DNA of 64,000 bases from a bacterium (lineage in GTDB: Bacteria; Patescibacteriota; Minisyncoccia; Phycocordibacterales; UBA2100): positions 1,308 through 65,307 of the forward strand of contig JAEUQT010000001.1 of assembly GCA_016789445.1 (NCBI GenBank). The letters are read 5' to 3'. Each line of letters starts with the position of its first letter. The stretch's first letter is position 1. Below the pieces are notes generated by a model. It did no database searches and was not told the origin of the DNA. It saw nothing but the letters and a program-made list of their open reading frames with translations. A program made the translations under genes and the position numbers. Below are positions 37,488 through 46,630 of this stretch, in pieces.

Positions 37488-38768
37488 ATGACCCAACAAG
37501 ATTTTCTTTCTATGGCAAAACAAGTACGACCTGAAGTTGAATCGTTTGCACGCATCCGGGTCGTCGGTGTAGGAGGTTCAGGAGGCAACACCATCAATCA
37601 CATGGTTTCTTCCCACGTCGTCGGCGTGGATTTCCTCGCGGTCAACACCGATGCGCAGGATCTCCAGAAGTCGAAGGCGAAGCGCAAGATCCACATCGGC
37701 CGCAACCTCACGCGCGGTCTCGGTACCGGCATGGATCCGGATTTGGGAAAGCAGGCGGCTGAAGAGACGCGCGAAGAAATCCAAGAAGCACTCAAAGGCT
37801 CCGACATGGTGTTCGTCACCTGTGGTATGGGGGGAGGCACCGGCACCGGTGCAGCTCCGGCGGTCGCGAAGATCGCGCGCGAATTGGGCGCACTCACCGT
37901 CGGCGTCGTTACGAAACCGTTTTCATTCGAAGGCGCGCAGCGCATGCGCTTGGCCGACAACGGCATCATGGAATTGCGCAAGTCCGTCGACGCGATCATC
38001 ATCATCCCGAACGACAAGCTCATGCAGATCGTCTCGCGTGAGACCGGCATCAAGAACGCGTTCCAGATGTGCGATGACATCCTGAAGCAGGCGGTCGAAG
38101 GCATCTCCGACCTCATCACCACCACCGGCATCATCAACGTCGACTTCGCGGATGTGCGCACCATCATGCACAACGCAGGCTCAGCACTCATGGGTATCGG
38201 TACGGCGATCGGCGAGAAGCGCGCAGAAACGGCAGCTCGCCTCGCGATCAACTCTCCGCTCCTCGAAGTTTCCATCAACGGTGCGAAGGGCGTGCTCTTC
38301 TCTGTTGCCGGTGGCGACGACCTCTCCATGCTCGAAGTGCAGGAAGCGGCGAACGTCATCACCGAAGCGATCGATCCGGAAGCGAAGGTCATCTTCGGTG
38401 CCGTCACCGACGAGAATCTCAAGAAGGGTCAGGTCAAGGTTACCGTCATCGCGACCGGCTTCCCGGAGAGCCTCGGCGGCGGCAAAGTCGGCTATCCGAC
38501 GACACCAATCGCCGTTCCGCAGCGCCTTTCCCGCAAGGAGCCTGAAATGACCCCGATCCGCAAAATGGAACCATCCCCGATCATCGAGAAGTCCGTCGTC
38601 CCACCATCCCGTGAGAAGAAGGAAGAATCCCCGATCATCAAGCGGGACGAGAAGAAGGACGAGGCCCCGAAAGAGCCACCGCGCCCGCAGGAAATCCAAC
38701 CCATCCAAGGCACGAGCGACGATGACGATGTCTGGGGCGGATTCCCTTCCTTCCTTCGCCGCAAGTAA
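37488..38768 (+). CDS. ftsZ: Cell division protein FtsZ
   Basis: Tubulin signature GGGTGTG, T7 loop, and a disordered C-terminal tail ending DDDDVWGGFPSFLRRK. Confidence 0.95.
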   Translation: MTQQDFLSMAKQVRPEVESFARIRVVGVGGSGGNTINHMVSSHVVGVDFLAVNTDAQDLQKSKAKRKIHIGRNLTRGLGTGMDPDLGKQAAEETREEIQEALKGSDMVFVTCGMGGGTGTGAAPAVAKIARELGALTVGVVTKPFSFEGAQRMRLADNGIMELRKSVDAIIIIPNDKLMQIVSRETGIKNAFQMCDDILKQAVEGISDLITTTGIINVDFADVRTIMHNAGSALMGIGTAIGEKRAETAARLAINSPLLEVSINGAKGVLFSVAGGDDLSMLEVQEAANVITEAIDPEAKVIFGAVTDENLKKGQVKVTVIATGFPESLGGGKVGYPTTPIAVPQRLSRKEPEMTPIRKMEPSPIIEKSVVPPSREKKEESPIIKRDEKKDEAPKEPPRPQEIQPIQGTSDDDDVWGGFPSFLRRK

Positions 38769-38804
38769 TCCCTCAAAGAGATGGATTGACATGCCACTTT
38801 TTCG

Positions 38805-39164
38805 ATGGCATCATCCATTCGGTTGTTAATCCTATTCATTAGAAGGAGGAGGCAGGTGGAACCACCGATCGATCAAGTGAAGCTAGGTCTGCAGATGCTA
38901 TTCACGGCAGTTACGTGGATGACATATCGATACCTCTATTACGGACGGCCACTCTCGTTCCTCGATTTCATGGGGACTGTTGCTATCGGAGCGTTCGCTG
39001 CGTCAGGGCTTTTTTGGCTCATGCAGCGTCCCTCCCTGAAGCAGCTCTTTGCGGACATCAGCTTCTGGCCAGCAGTTGCCGTTTCAACATTCGTGGCAAT
39101 GTGCTTTCTCGTTCTCTACGGACTGTACTATCGCATCATAAAAGGCCGTCCTGTTGAAGGATGA
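38805..39164 (+). CDS. Hypothetical membrane protein
   Basis: 119 aa with about three TM helices. Confidence 0.45.
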   Translation: MASSIRLLILFIRRRRQVEPPIDQVKLGLQMLFTAVTWMTYRYLYYGRPLSFLDFMGTVAIGAFAASGLFWLMQRPSLKQLFADISFWPAVAVSTFVAMCFLVLYGLYYRIIKGRPVEG

Positions 39165-39218
39165 GCCGGAAACGACTCACTTCGGTGAGTCGTTTTACTT
39201 TGATATACTGTCCTTCCT

Positions 39219-40184
39219 ATGTATGACCTCGCAATCGTCGGTGGCGGCCCCGCAGGGGTAGCAGCAGCCGTATACGCAGCGCGCAAGCGCCTGAAGACCA
39301 TCCTCATCACCGATGATTGGGGCGGCCAGAGCACCGTTTCTCCGGAAATCCAGAACTGGATCGGCGATCAGGCCATCAGTGGCGCCGATCTCGCGAAGAA
39401 ACTCCGCGCACATGTCGAAGCCTATAAGGGCGAATGGCTCACCATCGTCTCTCCGCACCGCGCAAAGACGACGGTCGATAACGGCACGCACATCACCATC
39501 ACCTGTTCCGACAGTTCCACCCACGAAGCACGCACCCTTCTCATCGCCACCGGCTCCAACCGCCGCAAACTCGAAATCCCGGGCGCGGCGGAATACGACA
39601 ATAAAGGCCTCACCTACTGCGCCTCGTGCGATGGACCCCTGTTCGCTGACATGGACGTCGCCGTCATCGGCGGCGGCAACGCCGCGTTCGAAACCGCGAT
39701 GCAGCTCCTCGCGTACTGCAAGACCGTCACCCTTTTCAATCGCTCCGAGACGTTCCGCGCCGACGAACTCACTGTCGAGAAAGTACTCGCACACCCGAAG
39801 ATGCGCGTCGAGAAGAATTCCACGCTTCTGGAAGTCACCGGCGAGAAATTCGTGAACGGTCTGCGCTTCAAGAATGCTGCCGGCGAAGAGAAGAAGCTTG
39901 ATGTCGCGGGTATCTTCGTCGAGATCGGCCTTGTCCCGAACACCGACTGGGTGAAGGACGTCGTGAAGATGAACGAGATCGGCCAGATCATCGCCGATCC
40001 GTACACCCAGCGCACCTCCAACGCCCGCATCTGGGCGGCGGGTGATTGCACCGACGGCAAGTACCACCAGAACAACATCGCCGCAGGAGACGCCGTGAAG
40101 GCGCTCGAAGACATCTACGCCTACGTCCACATGGAAAAGGACCACCAGCCCGCGACTGCCAGCATATCCGAAATCGTAGTCTAA
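39219..40184 (+). CDS. trxB: Thioredoxin-disulfide reductase
   Basis: FAD motif AIVGGGPAG, redox CASCDG, NAD(P) motif VAVIGGGNAAFE. Confidence 0.9.
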   Translation: MYDLAIVGGGPAGVAAAVYAARKRLKTILITDDWGGQSTVSPEIQNWIGDQAISGADLAKKLRAHVEAYKGEWLTIVSPHRAKTTVDNGTHITITCSDSSTHEARTLLIATGSNRRKLEIPGAAEYDNKGLTYCASCDGPLFADMDVAVIGGGNAAFETAMQLLAYCKTVTLFNRSETFRADELTVEKVLAHPKMRVEKNSTLLEVTGEKFVNGLRFKNAAGEEKKLDVAGIFVEIGLVPNTDWVKDVVKMNEIGQIIADPYTQRTSNARIWAAGDCTDGKYHQNNIAAGDAVKALEDIYAYVHMEKDHQPATASISEIVV

Positions 40185-40308
40185 ACGCGATCTGACGCAG
40201 GAATGCGGTAGATGCGAGGCGCGGGGAAAGCGGCGACGGAGACGTACCTGCGCGCACGATGACGTCGACGCAGGGGTCCCGCAACGATGCAGATGGCGTA
40301 TTCCCGCG

Positions 40309-40506
40309 TCAGATAGTGCCGTCCTCCATTATTACGCCCTCTGGAATTTCCTTTTTCGGGTCATCCTCCGACATGCGGGTCTTCACCTCTGCCTGTATCT
40401 GCGTCGCCGGTTTTCTCTCACCACGCGTCGAGAAGTGTGATTCCTGCCAGAAGTAGTACATCGCCCCCGCGATGATAACGACGACGATCGCGATTCCCCA
40501 TTTCAT
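40309..40506 (-). CDS. Hypothetical small membrane protein
   Basis: 65 aa with an N-terminal TM helix. Confidence 0.35.
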   Translation of the reverse strand: MKWGIAIVVVIIAGAMYYFWQESHFSTRGERKPATQIQAEVKTRMSEDDPKKEIPEGVIMEDGTI

Positions 40507-40518
40507 ATATAAAGTATA

Positions 40519-41430
40519 TCACTGCACAAAAGATCTTGTATTTTCTAAATGGAACGCGAGAAAGTATGAGGGTAGTTTCTTGAATCCGAAGCGGCTGTAT
40601 ACATACCGCTCCCCTACTGCAATCCGAGCAAGGCGGATGCGTACTCCTGGAAACTCTCTTTGCTTGAACCATTCGCTAACGAGTAAAATATCCTCCCAGT
40701 GCTTCTGACCTCTCGTCACTGCAGGAGATCTCATAAAAGCCACGAGTTCGGCGGGAGGACGTACTGGGAATAATCCCTCAATTACGATCAATCCCCCCGG
40801 CTTTGTCACACGAATCGCCTCCTTGAAGGTCGACGCCTGATCAAGGTCATAATCAATGAAGTAACTTAAGAAAGTAAGGTCGAATGATCCGGCAGGATAT
40901 CCAACGGATTCAAGACGCCCCACGCTACCGTTAAATCCCTCATTCTTAAGCAATGAGACACTCACACCACTTACATCGACACCGTACAGCTGTTGAGGAG
41001 GAACGCGCAATCTCGATGCAAAGAACTTAAGTGTCTCTCCACTTCCAGCACCAACATCTACAATTGAAAGATGAGACGCTCTATCGATAGTACAATTAGT
41101 CACCAGTTCGAATCCTCGTTCCGTATGGAGAGGGCTCAGATATCGATACCGGGTCTCTGTCCCTCGATATTCAGCGTCGTATATTCCACCTATTACCGCA
41201 TCGCCTGAAATGGTCTCGCGACCATACACCACACTCGCACCCTGCATAACGCCAGCGTGTGCCGTCTTGGTCGGTATATTCTGCCGAAAATAACGCGCAC
41301 AGGATTGATAGTGGTTCATAAACCCGGGGTCCAGATTGAGATCAATCATTTCCGCTCCGATCCTTCGCGCCAATTCACGCAAGCGATAGAGACGGAAGGA
41401 TCGAAGAGGGTTTGGTAGCGTCGGGATCAT
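40519..41430 (-). CDS. Class I SAM-dependent methyltransferase
   Basis: Motif I IVDVGAGSGETL, 303 aa. Confidence 0.7.
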   Translation of the reverse strand: MIPTLPNPLRSFRLYRLRELARRIGAEMIDLNLDPGFMNHYQSCARYFRQNIPTKTAHAGVMQGASVVYGRETISGDAVIGGIYDAEYRGTETRYRYLSPLHTERGFELVTNCTIDRASHLSIVDVGAGSGETLKFFASRLRVPPQQLYGVDVSGVSVSLLKNEGFNGSVGRLESVGYPAGSFDLTFLSYFIDYDLDQASTFKEAIRVTKPGGLIVIEGLFPVRPPAELVAFMRSPAVTRGQKHWEDILLVSEWFKQREFPGVRIRLARIAVGERYVYSRFGFKKLPSYFLAFHLENTRSFVQ

Positions 41431-41483
41431 GAATATGCTAGGTTTGCCACGGATTTACTCAGCATAACAGAAAGGAGTACAAG

Positions 41484-41690
41484 GTGGCTAAGAATGAATA
41501 TACATCCGAAGCACGCCACTGTGCATGCAAACACGGATGTCCCGTATATGCTGATATTCGACGATGGGATTGTGGCTGCGTGACGGTTATTATTCATAAT
41601 AATCGCGAACGCGGCAGCGACTGCACTAATTTTTCAGCAATGAAGCACCAGTGTGGCCAGAGAGGACATCCAAGCGCTCATCGTGGATAA
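41484..41690 (+). CDS. Hypothetical small Cys/His-rich protein (GTG start)
   Basis: AAAGGAG RBS 5 nt before GTG 41484. 68 aa with HCACKHGCP...CGC...DC...HQCGQRGH. Confidence 0.4.
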   Translation: MAKNEYTSEARHCACKHGCPVYADIRRWDCGCVTVIIHNNRERGSDCTNFSAMKHQCGQRGHPSAHRG

Positions 41691-41724
41691 TCTAATAACC
41701 GACCTTCTCAGGTCGGTTATTTTT

Positions 41725-42657
41725 CTACTTACCCATCTGGATGCTCTGCGCGATACGGTCGATGACGGCGTCGAGGTTGTAGTTCTCCTGCTCGCTCACG
41801 CACGCCTGTTGCTGCGGACCTTCGATATTGAGGCACTGCGGATAGCGGAGCTGGAAGAACAGACGGTACGTCGCATCGCCGAACGCGAACGCGTATTCAT
41901 AGGCACGCACATCACCCTCAGCCGTCCCCTGTGCCCGCGACGTGACGCAGTACTCACGATCGCCGATCGTGCGCTTCTCGACGGTCTGCATCGGCCCGTC
42001 TGCGGCAGTTATCGGTCCTGAATTACAGGAATACTGATTCACGACTCTCTCAACGACCGGCGGCCACTGTGCGGCTTGGATATACGTCGTCGGAAGCTCC
42101 ACCGGATACATGAAGCTGATATTCTGCGCATTTGCCGATGAACGCAGCCACTGTCCCTCGTTTGGAGCCGGTGCCATGATGAATTCCGTAATCCGCCAGC
42201 CATCTTCAAGCTGCTCGACGGTGATAGTAACCGGGCGTCGGAGCGCTTCGGTCGGCTCTTCGTTGATACCACCTCCTTCGTTCGTTACTTCCACGATATC
42301 ACCTTCGACGCGGTACCGTGTGTCAGTCTCCTTTGTCAGAGTGCGGATATCGATGCGATCCGGCCACGGACTCGACGTCAGTCTTCCTGGCGCATTCGCC
42401 GGGTCGATTGCCCACTCCTGAACGAGCACATCCAAGACGTACGGACTGTAATTTGCCCGCATAGCAGCTTCCACATCGGCCGACGGTGCAAGAAGCGATA
42501 CATCCTTGAGCTGCGACCCGAAATCTTCCACAACGCGACGCACGGCCGCCTCTTGATCCACCTGAAACGGCGTCACTGAAATAAGGTAGGCACCACCAAT
42601 GACCAAAAGAAGGACGATAGCCGCCAGCCAGGGCCAGAAGCGATTCATGAATTCCAT
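41725..42657 (-). CDS. Hypothetical membrane-anchored extracytoplasmic protein
   Basis: N-terminal TM helix, 310 aa. Confidence 0.55.
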   Translation of the reverse strand: MEFMNRFWPWLAAIVLLLVIGGAYLISVTPFQVDQEAAVRRVVEDFGSQLKDVSLLAPSADVEAAMRANYSPYVLDVLVQEWAIDPANAPGRLTSSPWPDRIDIRTLTKETDTRYRVEGDIVEVTNEGGGINEEPTEALRRPVTITVEQLEDGWRITEFIMAPAPNEGQWLRSSANAQNISFMYPVELPTTYIQAAQWPPVVERVVNQYSCNSGPITAADGPMQTVEKRTIGDREYCVTSRAQGTAEGDVRAYEYAFAFGDATYRLFFQLRYPQCLNIEGPQQQACVSEQENYNLDAVIDRIAQSIQMGK

Positions 42658-42788
42658 TGTATCAATAAGACGGCTTGGCTTCCTTATGCTTACGTGTCGT
42701 AAGGGAATCGGTGGAAAAGCCGAGGTATTTGACTTAATTATTTATTTAATGTATAATTACACCAGTCGTTCAGTACAGGAGGATTCCC

Positions 42789-43541
42789 ATGTCAACGACA
42801 TCGACCACTCTCTTCCTTACGGCCCTCGTCACCGGCGCCGGTTCCCTCTGCCTCGATGCGAACAAGCAGGTGGTCTACAACGGCGCGTCAGACAGCTGCC
42901 TCTCCTCGACGCGCGACACGAAGGAGGAAATCAATCCCCTCGTGACCGAAGCTCTCGAGCAGGTCCTCGCGCTCAACCCGGTCTCCTTCAGATACAAGCA
43001 TGGCGACGGCCGCACCCGATACGGCTTCATCGCCGAAGACGCGGCCGACGTGGACGCTCATCTCGCCACCTATGATGCCCAATTGAATATCTCCGGCATC
43101 GACGACCGCGCCATCCTCGCCATCCTCGTCGGCGCCATCCAGGACCTCGCCCGTAAACTCGCGGACCTGGCGGAACACCTCGTCACGAAGGAACTGGCAT
43201 TCCAGCGCGCCGTCGGCGAAAGCCTGACGCTCACGCGCGAACTCTGCATCGCCGAGGGCGCGAACGACGCTTCCCCGCTCTGCCTTACCAAATCCCAGCT
43301 CAACGCCCTGCTAAACCAGATCGGCGCCGCCGTGCTCCCCTCATCCGTGCCGCCTCCAGCGGCTAATGACGACGTCCCGGACCTCCCCGATGCTTCGGCA
43401 TCGCCCGACGATAATGGGACACCCCAACAGCAACAAGAGCCAGCGTACGAGAACCCGGAGCCGGGCTTGGGGACTGAAGCACTCGGTCCTAGCCCTGCGG
43501 ATGCCGAACCTGCACCCGCGATGGAAACCACGGGCAGCTAA
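42789..43541 (+). CDS. Protein with a tail-fibre/endosialidase intramolecular-chaperone (peptidase S74-like) domain
   Basis: N-terminal hydrophobic segment, then LNPVSFRYKHGDGRTRYGFIAEDAADVDAH...AILAILVGAIQDLARKLADL, which matches the C-terminal chaperone domain of phage tail fibres. Pro/Asp-rich tail. Confidence 0.55.
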   Translation: MSTTSTTLFLTALVTGAGSLCLDANKQVVYNGASDSCLSSTRDTKEEINPLVTEALEQVLALNPVSFRYKHGDGRTRYGFIAEDAADVDAHLATYDAQLNISGIDDRAILAILVGAIQDLARKLADLAEHLVTKELAFQRAVGESLTLTRELCIAEGANDASPLCLTKSQLNALLNQIGAAVLPSSVPPPAANDDVPDLPDASASPDDNGTPQQQQEPAYENPEPGLGTEALGPSPADAEPAPAMETTGS

Positions 43542-43589
43542 TCCTCACGCTTCTACGCAAGCCGACCACGGCTTGGTACAATCATCTGC

Positions 43590-44306
43590 ATGATGCAGAG
43601 ACTTCAGCGAGGCCTCGAGATGATAGCCGCTGGGTTTGTCGGCGCGGTCTTCACCTCAGTGGTCGTCGTCGCCTGGGCAGGCCCGACGTCCGCACCACCC
43701 AACGGCAACGCCGCCGCGCCGATCAACATCGGAGCGACCGCGCAAGTCAAAAACGGCGGTCTCTCGGTGAACACGCTCGCTGTTTTCGGGAACGGTACGC
43801 TGACCGGCAATTTCGGCATCAACAACACTGCGCCCACCTATCGCCTCGACGTGAGCGGCAGCAGCCGCGTCGACGGCAACCTCCTCCTCTCCGGCGCGTC
43901 GCGCTACCTCAATTTCGGCGCCGCTACGGGCACGAGTGGTTATGGCATCCGCGACAATGCCGGCACGTTGCAGTTCAAGAACAGCAGCGGCAGCTGGAGC
44001 AGCTTCCTTCCGAGCAGCGGCGTGGTGAGCATTACTTTCATCGATGGCACGGTACAGACGACGGCAGCCGTGGCTGTCAGTCCTGTGCAAACCACGGTTT
44101 CGTGCACAACTGCTTCCACCGGAGGCTCGCGCTGCACGACCGCCAACTGTCCTTCGGGGTACGTCCGCACCGGATGCAGCGCGTATCGCTCAGGCGATGC
44201 GGTTACGGCCGGAGCAAGGCCGATCGGGACAGCGGCCTGTGAGTGCGCAAACCAGTACGTCGGTTCGCCAGGGACTTCGTGTTATACCTACTGCCTGAAG
44301 TTCTAG
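43590..44306 (+). CDS. Secreted beta-rich fibre-like protein with Cys-rich C-terminus
   Basis: Signal peptide, Gly/Asn/Thr-rich repeats (NIGATAQVKNGGLSVNTLAVFGNGTLTGNFGINNTAPTYRLDVSGSS...), then nine Cys in the last 60 aa. Confidence 0.55.
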   Translation: MMQRLQRGLEMIAAGFVGAVFTSVVVVAWAGPTSAPPNGNAAAPINIGATAQVKNGGLSVNTLAVFGNGTLTGNFGINNTAPTYRLDVSGSSRVDGNLLLSGASRYLNFGAATGTSGYGIRDNAGTLQFKNSSGSWSSFLPSSGVVSITFIDGTVQTTAAVAVSPVQTTVSCTTASTGGSRCTTANCPSGYVRTGCSAYRSGDAVTAGARPIGTAACECANQYVGSPGTSCYTYCLKF

Positions 44307-44377
44307 GCGGCGTTGGCGGAGTTCTGGAGCGAGCCGCCTGCCCCAAAAGGCCTCGCGCTGCGCGCGAGGCCTCCCAC

Positions 44378-44644
44378 TCAGTACTCATCCGCGAGCATGA
44401 TCGTGAGTACCCGCGTCGTGATACCCGCGTCAGCCGGATTCTCAGACCCGAACTCGAGATCCTTGGCGTAATAGTCAATCTTCCAGAACAGCATCTCGCC
44501 GACATGCTCGAAGCTGCCGAAGTCATGTTCACCCTGAGGGTCATTGTCTGGGGTGAAATCTTCAAAGCGCTTCACCTGTTCGTGGACTAGCACGACGCCG
44601 AGGGGCCACACCGCGACCAACTCCCGAACGCCGGCCGTGATCAT
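44378..44644 (-). CDS. Hypothetical protein
   Basis: 88-aa ORF. Confidence 0.35.
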   Translation of the reverse strand: MITAGVRELVAVWPLGVVLVHEQVKRFEDFTPDNDPQGEHDFGSFEHVGEMLFWKIDYYAKDLEFGSENPADAGITTRVLTIMLADEY

Positions 44645-44830
44645 GATCTGCCTTGTTCAGGTGCGACTCCGGCGTATGGACATGGGGATCCCACTTTCTA
44701 AAAATCGAGCCGTAGGGGGGGTAATTTGCCATAGAGAATCCATACTGCGCTTTCTGAACCTCAAGCTCAACTAAGCCTCAGCGGCGTATCGGAGCGGTAT
44801 GCACTCGCATACCTCCGATAAAAAATACTC

Positions 44831-44920
44831 TTGGCGGAGAGGGAGAGATTCGAACTCTCGAGACCGTTTCCAGTCTGCCGCATTTCGAGTGCGGTGCTTT
44901 CGACCACTCAGCCACCTCTC
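44831..44920 (-). tRNA. tRNA-Ser (anticodon CGA), CCA encoded
   Basis: Reverse complement reads GGAGAGG-TG-GCTGAGTGGTCGAAAGC-A-CCGCACTCGAAATGCGG-long variable arm-GAGAGTTCGAATCTCTC-CCTCTCC-G-CCA. Confidence 0.85.
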
Positions 44921-45069
44921 CAAGTCGATTGTGCGTTTTGCACGTTTAATCCTCGAGCACGTGCGGAGTTCGCTTCCTCCTGAAATCGGTGCGCCGAATT
45001 TCAATCGGCTCACATCGATTTCTCCTCGCGGAGCTCGGACCGGATGAAAAGCCGTCAACGGCATTTCAT

Positions 45070-45087
45070 CCACTCAGCCACCTCTCC
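45070..45087 (-). pseudogene. Partial 5' copy of tRNA-Ser (first 18 nt) followed by a strong hairpin
   Basis: Reverse complement reads GGAGAGGTGGCTGAGTGG, then GGATGAAATGCCGTTGACGGCTTTTCATCC. It lies 150 nt upstream of the intact tRNA-Ser on the same strand. Confidence 0.65.
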
Positions 45088-45357
45088 AGTCGGGCAGATA
45101 GTACCAGAATTAGCCCTTTTTGGCACGCTGAGCCTTGGTTTCTGCCTCTCGCTCAGCGACGTCATTAGCAAGCACTCGGGCAAGGGTCTGGCGCAGCTCA
45201 GCACGAGCCTTTTCGGGCAATTCGGAGGTATGCTCGCCTTCAGGGCGAGGAGTATGTGCGGGGAACTTCTCCACGCCGATAAGGATAGCATGCACGAGGA
45301 CACGAAAAGGACCACCCCTTCAAGTTTTGGGGAAAATGCGCTATATTGGCCCCCGTA

Positions 45358-45429
45358 GGCCTCATCGTCTAATGGTTAGGACAGCGCCTTTTCAAGGCGT
45401 TAATCGGGGTTCGATTCCCCGTGAGGTCA
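45358..45429 (+). tRNA. tRNA-Glu (anticodon TTC)
   Basis: GGCCTCA-TC-GTCTAATGGTTAGGAC-A-GCGCCTTTTCAAGGCGT-TAAT-CGGGGTTCGATTCCCCG-TGAGGTC-A. TATATT -10 at 45343-45348. Confidence 0.85.
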
Positions 45430-45430
45430 C

Positions 45431-46225
45431 ATGTATTCCCGGCTTACACTCAAAGAGTTCGCCAGGGACTTCGTAGTGTTCGGCATTAAGGAAGCTCGAT
45501 CCTGCATATTCGCAGGTTCGTTCTTCGTGCTTCTTTTCCTTTCCAATCACATTCCCCTCTTTGGTCTTGCCCGCTACGATTTTCTCTTTTTGAGCGCGAT
45601 AGCGCTGCAGATCATCCTCTTTCTCACGAAAGTAGAAACCTGGGACGAGATAAAGACTATCTTCCTCTTCCACATCGTCGGCACGGTACTTGAACTCTAT
45701 AAGACGAGTGCATTTGTCGGCTCATGGAGCTACCCGGAGGAAGCTTTTTTCAAGATCGCGACCGTTCCGCTCTTTTCCGGATTCATGTACGCAGCCGTCG
45801 GCAGCTACATCTCACAGGCATGGCGATTGCTGAAGCTCGAACTGCGCGGATACCCGCCGTACTGGATGACGGTCGTCCTCTGTTTTTTCATCTACCTCAA
45901 TTTCTTCACCAATCGTTTTGTACCGGATTTCCGCATCATCCTCATCCCGGCGGTCTTCGTCCTCTTCGCACGCACCTTCATCACGTTCGTACCAACGAAA
46001 CGCCGGTATTCCATGCCGCTCTCGCTCGGCTTCTGTCTCACCGCATTCTTTATCTGGATTGCCGAAAATCTCTCCACGCTCTGGGGCGCATGGCAGTATC
46101 CCGATCAGGTCCACGTCTGGAACGTCGTCAGCACCAACAAGATCACCTCATGGTTCCTCATGGTGATCATCAGCTTTATCATCGTGGCGTACCTCAAGCA
46201 CCACAAAGAGCGCTATAATCGGTAA
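45431..46225 (+). CDS. Hypothetical polytopic membrane protein
   Basis: 264 aa with about eight TM helices. The ATG is 2 nt after tRNA-Glu, so the real start may be further downstream. Confidence 0.5.
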   Translation: MYSRLTLKEFARDFVVFGIKEARSCIFAGSFFVLLFLSNHIPLFGLARYDFLFLSAIALQIILFLTKVETWDEIKTIFLFHIVGTVLELYKTSAFVGSWSYPEEAFFKIATVPLFSGFMYAAVGSYISQAWRLLKLELRGYPPYWMTVVLCFFIYLNFFTNRFVPDFRIILIPAVFVLFARTFITFVPTKRRYSMPLSLGFCLTAFFIWIAENLSTLWGAWQYPDQVHVWNVVSTNKITSWFLMVIISFIIVAYLKHHKERYNR

Positions 46226-46255
46226 CATATACGCATCAGACGCGTCTACATTTTC

Positions 46256-46630
46256 ATGAACAAAATCGCACTTCTCGCACTCGTTATCATCGCGGTCGGT
46301 ATCGGCGGCTATTTCGCGTACACGCCGAAGGATCAGGAAGCCGAACTCGTCCCGACGCCGCAGCCGCAGGAACAGACGCCGACCACCAGCGCACCTCAGG
46401 GCAAATTGATGAGCGTCGAGGCCTACGTGACCCAGAACATCTCCGCGCTCTCCCCCATCAAGGAGACCATGGGAGGTACGTTCTACGTGACCGAAATCGA
46501 AGTAGAGCCGGAAGAAAACAAAGGCAAAGTAAAATACGAAGACGGCCACAATGCGTACGAGGCGGAGTTTACCTATACCTCGAACGACCGCACCGGTCAC
46601 ACGATCACCTCGTTCGTCGTCAGAGAGTAA
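46256..46630 (+). CDS. Hypothetical secreted or lipoprotein-like protein
   Basis: N-terminal signal anchor MNKIALLALVIIAVGIGGYFA, 124 aa. Confidence 0.5.
   Translation: MNKIALLALVIIAVGIGGYFAYTPKDQEAELVPTPQPQEQTPTTSAPQGKLMSVEAYVTQNISALSPIKETMGGTFYVTEIEVEPEENKGKVKYEDGHNAYEAEFTYTSNDRTGHTITSFVVRE

Noticed and set aside
45055-45315. Short - strand ORFs (61 and 86 aa) between the tRNA-Ser fragment and tRNA-Glu
   Set aside because: GTG start without an RBS, two competing frames and no recognisable family. Treated as probably non-coding, possibly a 5' leader of the tRNA-Ser transcript.
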